A DNA stretch of 64,000 bases from NCBI GenBank assembly GCA_043228905.1, contig JBHGNT010000003.1, positions 7,316,001 to 7,380,000 on the forward strand, read 5' to 3'. A program made the translations under genes and the position numbers. The number at the start of each line of letters is the position of its first letter. The first letter of the stretch is position 1. The stretch comes from Azolla caroliniana (lineage: Eukaryota; Plantae; Polypodiophyta). This document shows positions 60,389 to 64,000 of this stretch, in pieces. Under the pieces are notes generated by a model, which was given only the letters and a program-made list of their open reading frames with translations, ran no database searches and was not told where the DNA came from.

Positions 60389-61136
60389 AAAATAAACCAT
60401 ATTATGATAATTAAAGTAAGAAATAAATATTCCTAAAATACACTTGTCTTATGAAAACGTTTTGTAACTACCATCTCTCATTATATATACACATTGTAAT
60501 CACCATTCATGATATGAGAGCAATACAACAATTAATTTCTTGATCTTTCTCTCTCTGTTATCTTCGTTCTATCTTTCTTGTGTTATTGCTTGATTTCTTA
60601 CATACTTACACAACATGCATTTGAAACTAAACCAACTTTTCCTTTGTGATTATTGTATAATTTCCAACATATTTTGATTGCTAAGTTTTTTTTAATGGTA
60701 GTGAGGCACTCAGGTCGACTTACGTCTATTAAAACTTGGTTGGTCAATCTTAAACTTTTCAGCATGAAAACTCATCGTGTTTTAAACAATATCCTTTCAT
60801 ATAATTAACATGGCAAACGGCTCGTTTTCGAAGCTTATAAGGGTGGTTTGGATCAATCGATCGCATCATTAAGGTTCAGCATGAATGACTTCATTTATAC
60901 ATAAAACATTACAAAAGGGTACCAAATGTGGCATGCAAGCATGTAGTTATCTAAGTTTGGGGGGGCGGAATGATGGCAAAGATGTGTGTGTGTATAAAGA
61001 AAAAGAAAAAAATAAGGAAGAAAGTCAGAAGGTCAAACCAAAAAGGAGGAGAATGGTGTGTAGGGATGGCCTAAATTCATAGCATTGTTTTACCTTAGAA
61101 ACAATCACCAAAGCTTGACACTAAGTCAAACAAAGT

Positions 61137-61581
61137 TCAGCCAAGGTGACTAAGTAAGGCCTTGGTAAACACATCAGGGCTAGTGACTTGAGGTATGTGG
61201 CCATCAATTTGGAGCACCTCCACCGATCCTTTCTCGCCGAGCTCCCGGCGCATGTAGTCCGTGACGGCCATCGGAACCGCGAGGTCCTTGCTTGTCTGGA
61301 GGAGGTTCAATGGTGGGGAATCCTCATTAGCTACGAGGGCCGACACCGAGCTCCGGAAGTCGGACCTGAAGATAGACCTCGCCATCCCAATGGCCGTCCC
61401 AGGCCGCATCCCAGCAAGAGTCTTCCGAAACCTCTCCACTGCCTTGGGCTGCGCCGTGTCCCCCGCCACCGCCCTCGCGAACCCCGCTGCCCACCCTTTG
61501 TAATCTGCCGCCATCGCCTCGAACAAGTGCTCCAACTCCTCTTGCTCGAATCCTCCATAGTAATCTCCGTCCCGTAAATAC
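61137..61581 (-). CDS. KAI2/D14-family alpha/beta hydrolase, exon 2
   Basis: TTTTGTAG acceptor; YLRDGDYYGGFEQEELEHLFEAM; catalytic Asp in TSKDLAVP and catalytic His in DGHIPQV; stop TGA at 61137-61139. Confidence 0.93.
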
Positions 61582-61639
61582 CTACAAAAATGCGAAAAAA
61601 CCGTTTGTCGTCGTCAATTCACTAATGAGAACATCTCGC

Positions 61640-61785
61640 ATATGTATATATACATGTACATATGTGTATATGTATATGTATATGTACTTATACATATACA
61701 TGTGTATGTGTGTGTGTGTGTGTGTGTATGTATATGTATATGTATTTATACATATACATAATACATATATACAGAAATATATATG
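61640..61785. repeat. Compound (TA)/(TG) microsatellite in the intron
   Basis: Visible directly. Confidence 0.9.
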
Positions 61786-62775
61786 GGGGTGTATGTATGG
61801 GGGTAATGCTTTACATATCAACCAACACAAGCTATTACTAAGGTAAGGGAATATCTTAAATTATTATCTTGCTCTAATTAGAGGGTCAGCCATGTTGTCT
61901 TGTCTTAACACAAAAACCCTAAAGAGTGTGTTTATGTGGGTTCTTAAAAGGACTTATGCACTGGCTTCCTTCACAGTTTGATTGAAGAGTACCAGCAAGT
62001 TGTTGGTTTATGTGTGAGAATTGGTGTTAATTCTCAACCATTATTCCCTAATAACATTGCAAGTAATTAAGATCATTCCATCCATTAAAATATTAATTGC
62101 ATAAAGTTCTATGGATCTGATGACTTATGTACCCCATCAATCAGGTTAAAGGACAATTGACATGCTAATGGGCTTAGATCTAGTGTGTCAGCGAGCACAC
62201 TCGGCTTCCATGGAAACCTTTCATTCTTATGTGCTGAATTCTTGTTGGAACCTTGCTGACTACTCATGGACATATATATATGTACTACAAATTCAAGTTT
62301 TCCATCGATTTATTCTTGCACAAGTTGATCGATTTCCAAAGGCTCATGTATCCTACCAAATCTAGTCTTGTCCCAATGCCAACAATGGAAGAAGAACAAC
62401 AACATAATTCGATACAAATCGAGGACAAGTAGAGGGATTCCATACCATGCATAGAAATTGGTCCCCTATGATAGTTTTGCCCAAGTGTTGGAATGATCCA
62501 AAAATAAGGTGCGTTTAATACTATGGGACCATATGGCAAGGACTTGGACCACATAATTGCTTCAAGTTGCACCATAATAAGTGCTCCTTGAGAGGAGCAG
62601 GCATTTTACTTGGAATTAAACGAAAACTCGTGATCATTTTTACGGGAAACAAAGAAAGAATCGAGGGCATTCTGCGGCAAAATAAACAAAAAAAACTTGA
62701 GGGTATATATATCATTGCAAGGGATGGGGTAAAAACTTATTTTTCATTTGGATGGGATTGGAGAATTATATTGAC

Positions 62776-63212
62776 CTCGGGGAAGCACAGATGAGCACGA
62801 GTTTAGAGAAGCGATGGGGATGCGAGAGGGCCGCGAGGCACCCGATCATAGCGGACATGGAATGGCCCACGAAGATGCAAGACGACACGACAAGTTCATC
62901 CAACAAGCGCACAAGGATGTCCGCGAAACCATGGAACACATCAATGTCTTGATCTCCTCCATTGTAACCACAAGTAGGCCTATTGCCATTGGTAATGTTG
63001 TCATTATTGTCATCACATTGGAAGGAGGAGGAGGAGCCAGGCCAATCCCATAAGATTACCTTTAGAGAGCCTCCATTGAAGGTGAGGAGGGAAGGGAGTG
63101 TAGAGTCCCACAAGGATTGTGTGCAACCAAAGCCATGTGCAAGGGCCACAACTTGTGAGCCATTGCCCAACACCCTCACATTCATGGAAGAAGATAGATT
63201 ATTGGGAAACAT
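62776..63212 (-). CDS. KAI2/D14-family alpha/beta hydrolase, exon 1 (spliced product 293 aa)
   Basis: NVRVLGNGSQVVALAHGFG, nucleophile motif GHSMSAMIG and ASPR|GT donor at the family's conserved intron position. 437 + 445 nt = 882 nt in frame. Confidence 0.93.
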
Positions 63213-64000
63213 CAAGATATGGGCAAACCAAGAGGAATTGATTTGGGAGGGGGAGGGGGGCTAAAAGTAGTGTGTATTCCCTTGTTGTTACTCTACTACT
63301 CGGAGTTGGGAGAGAGAGAAGTGAGAGAGCTATGTATGAAGTCCTACAATGTTGGGAAGGAGGAGATCTATTGGGCTTTCTTTATAGACACACCAAAACC
63401 ACTCTTTTTAACTTTGGAAGGTGGTTTCCAAGGCTTAGGCCTAACACCCACACCTCCTAGTGGTTTCACATTGTGTGTATGTGAGTGAGAGAGACAAAGA
63501 CATAGATCAAAGATATCAAAGAGACAATTATACAGGGATCGATTTTAAATTGGTCATTCCACTTCATGGTTGTATATTTGGGAATCGTTAATGTCCACTA
63601 GTCTACGGTTGCGAAATTCATAGCTAATGGAACGAGATTGGAATATTAGGAGAATTCTATATCCAAAACAATTTGTCTAAGAGCCACTTCAAAAGTTACC
63701 AATATGCGCCAACGATTTGGTGTATAAGAATATGGCTCTACATGTTACAATTTTTTATACTCTTGTTTTTCTAACTGAATCTTACTATTATTAGCTACCT
63801 TTACTATATGAAAATGCTTTGTAATTGATATGTTGGGGATCTTATCTGTTTCTTTTTTCATCGTTATGTAATGTCGAAAGATTTTGTTTCTTTTAAGTGT
63901 TGCACTTTTCTTTATAACTGTGAGAAGAAAGGCATATTTTTTTATCCTTGCCTACAAAAGGGCAACATCAATTTTATATTCTAGGATTGTTAGGGAGAAT

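Noticed and set aside
62162-62794. Short ORFs in the KAI2-like intron as an extra exon or LINE remnant
   Set aside because: The two-exon splice already gives a complete protein, and no convincing motifs were recognised.

Overview
Eukaryotic plant genomic DNA, probably from a non-seed plant such as a fern (inferred from the element lineages and the divergent KAI2-like gene). About 90% of the window is transposon. Positions 1-38029 are a nest at least five levels deep: old Copia C contains Gypsy A, which contains Gypsy B, which contains Copia D, which contains a hAT element and a rearranged LTR. Two young intact Copia elements and several solo LTRs are also in the nest. The whole nest, plus Copia F (39034-45669), interrupts a decayed minus-strand gene with a ParB/Sulfiredoxin-like domain. 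That gene lies head-to-head with a decayed Sola-like DDD transposase, and an array of palindromes sits between them. A chromovirus (49719-55720) has inserted into the transposase tail. A pogo element with an internal satellite, a Mutator-type MITE and one intact host gene follow; the gene is a two-exon KAI2/D14-family alpha/beta hydrolase (61137-63212, minus strand). Main leads: (1) the ParB-like gene, palindrome array and transposase as one module; (2) a conserved -1 frameshift-like signal between protease and RT in the tRNA-Trp-primed Gypsy family; (3) CpG-centred 4-bp target sites of that family; (4) a conserved hairpin enclosing the PPT in one Copia family. All alignments were made by eye and no database searches were run.
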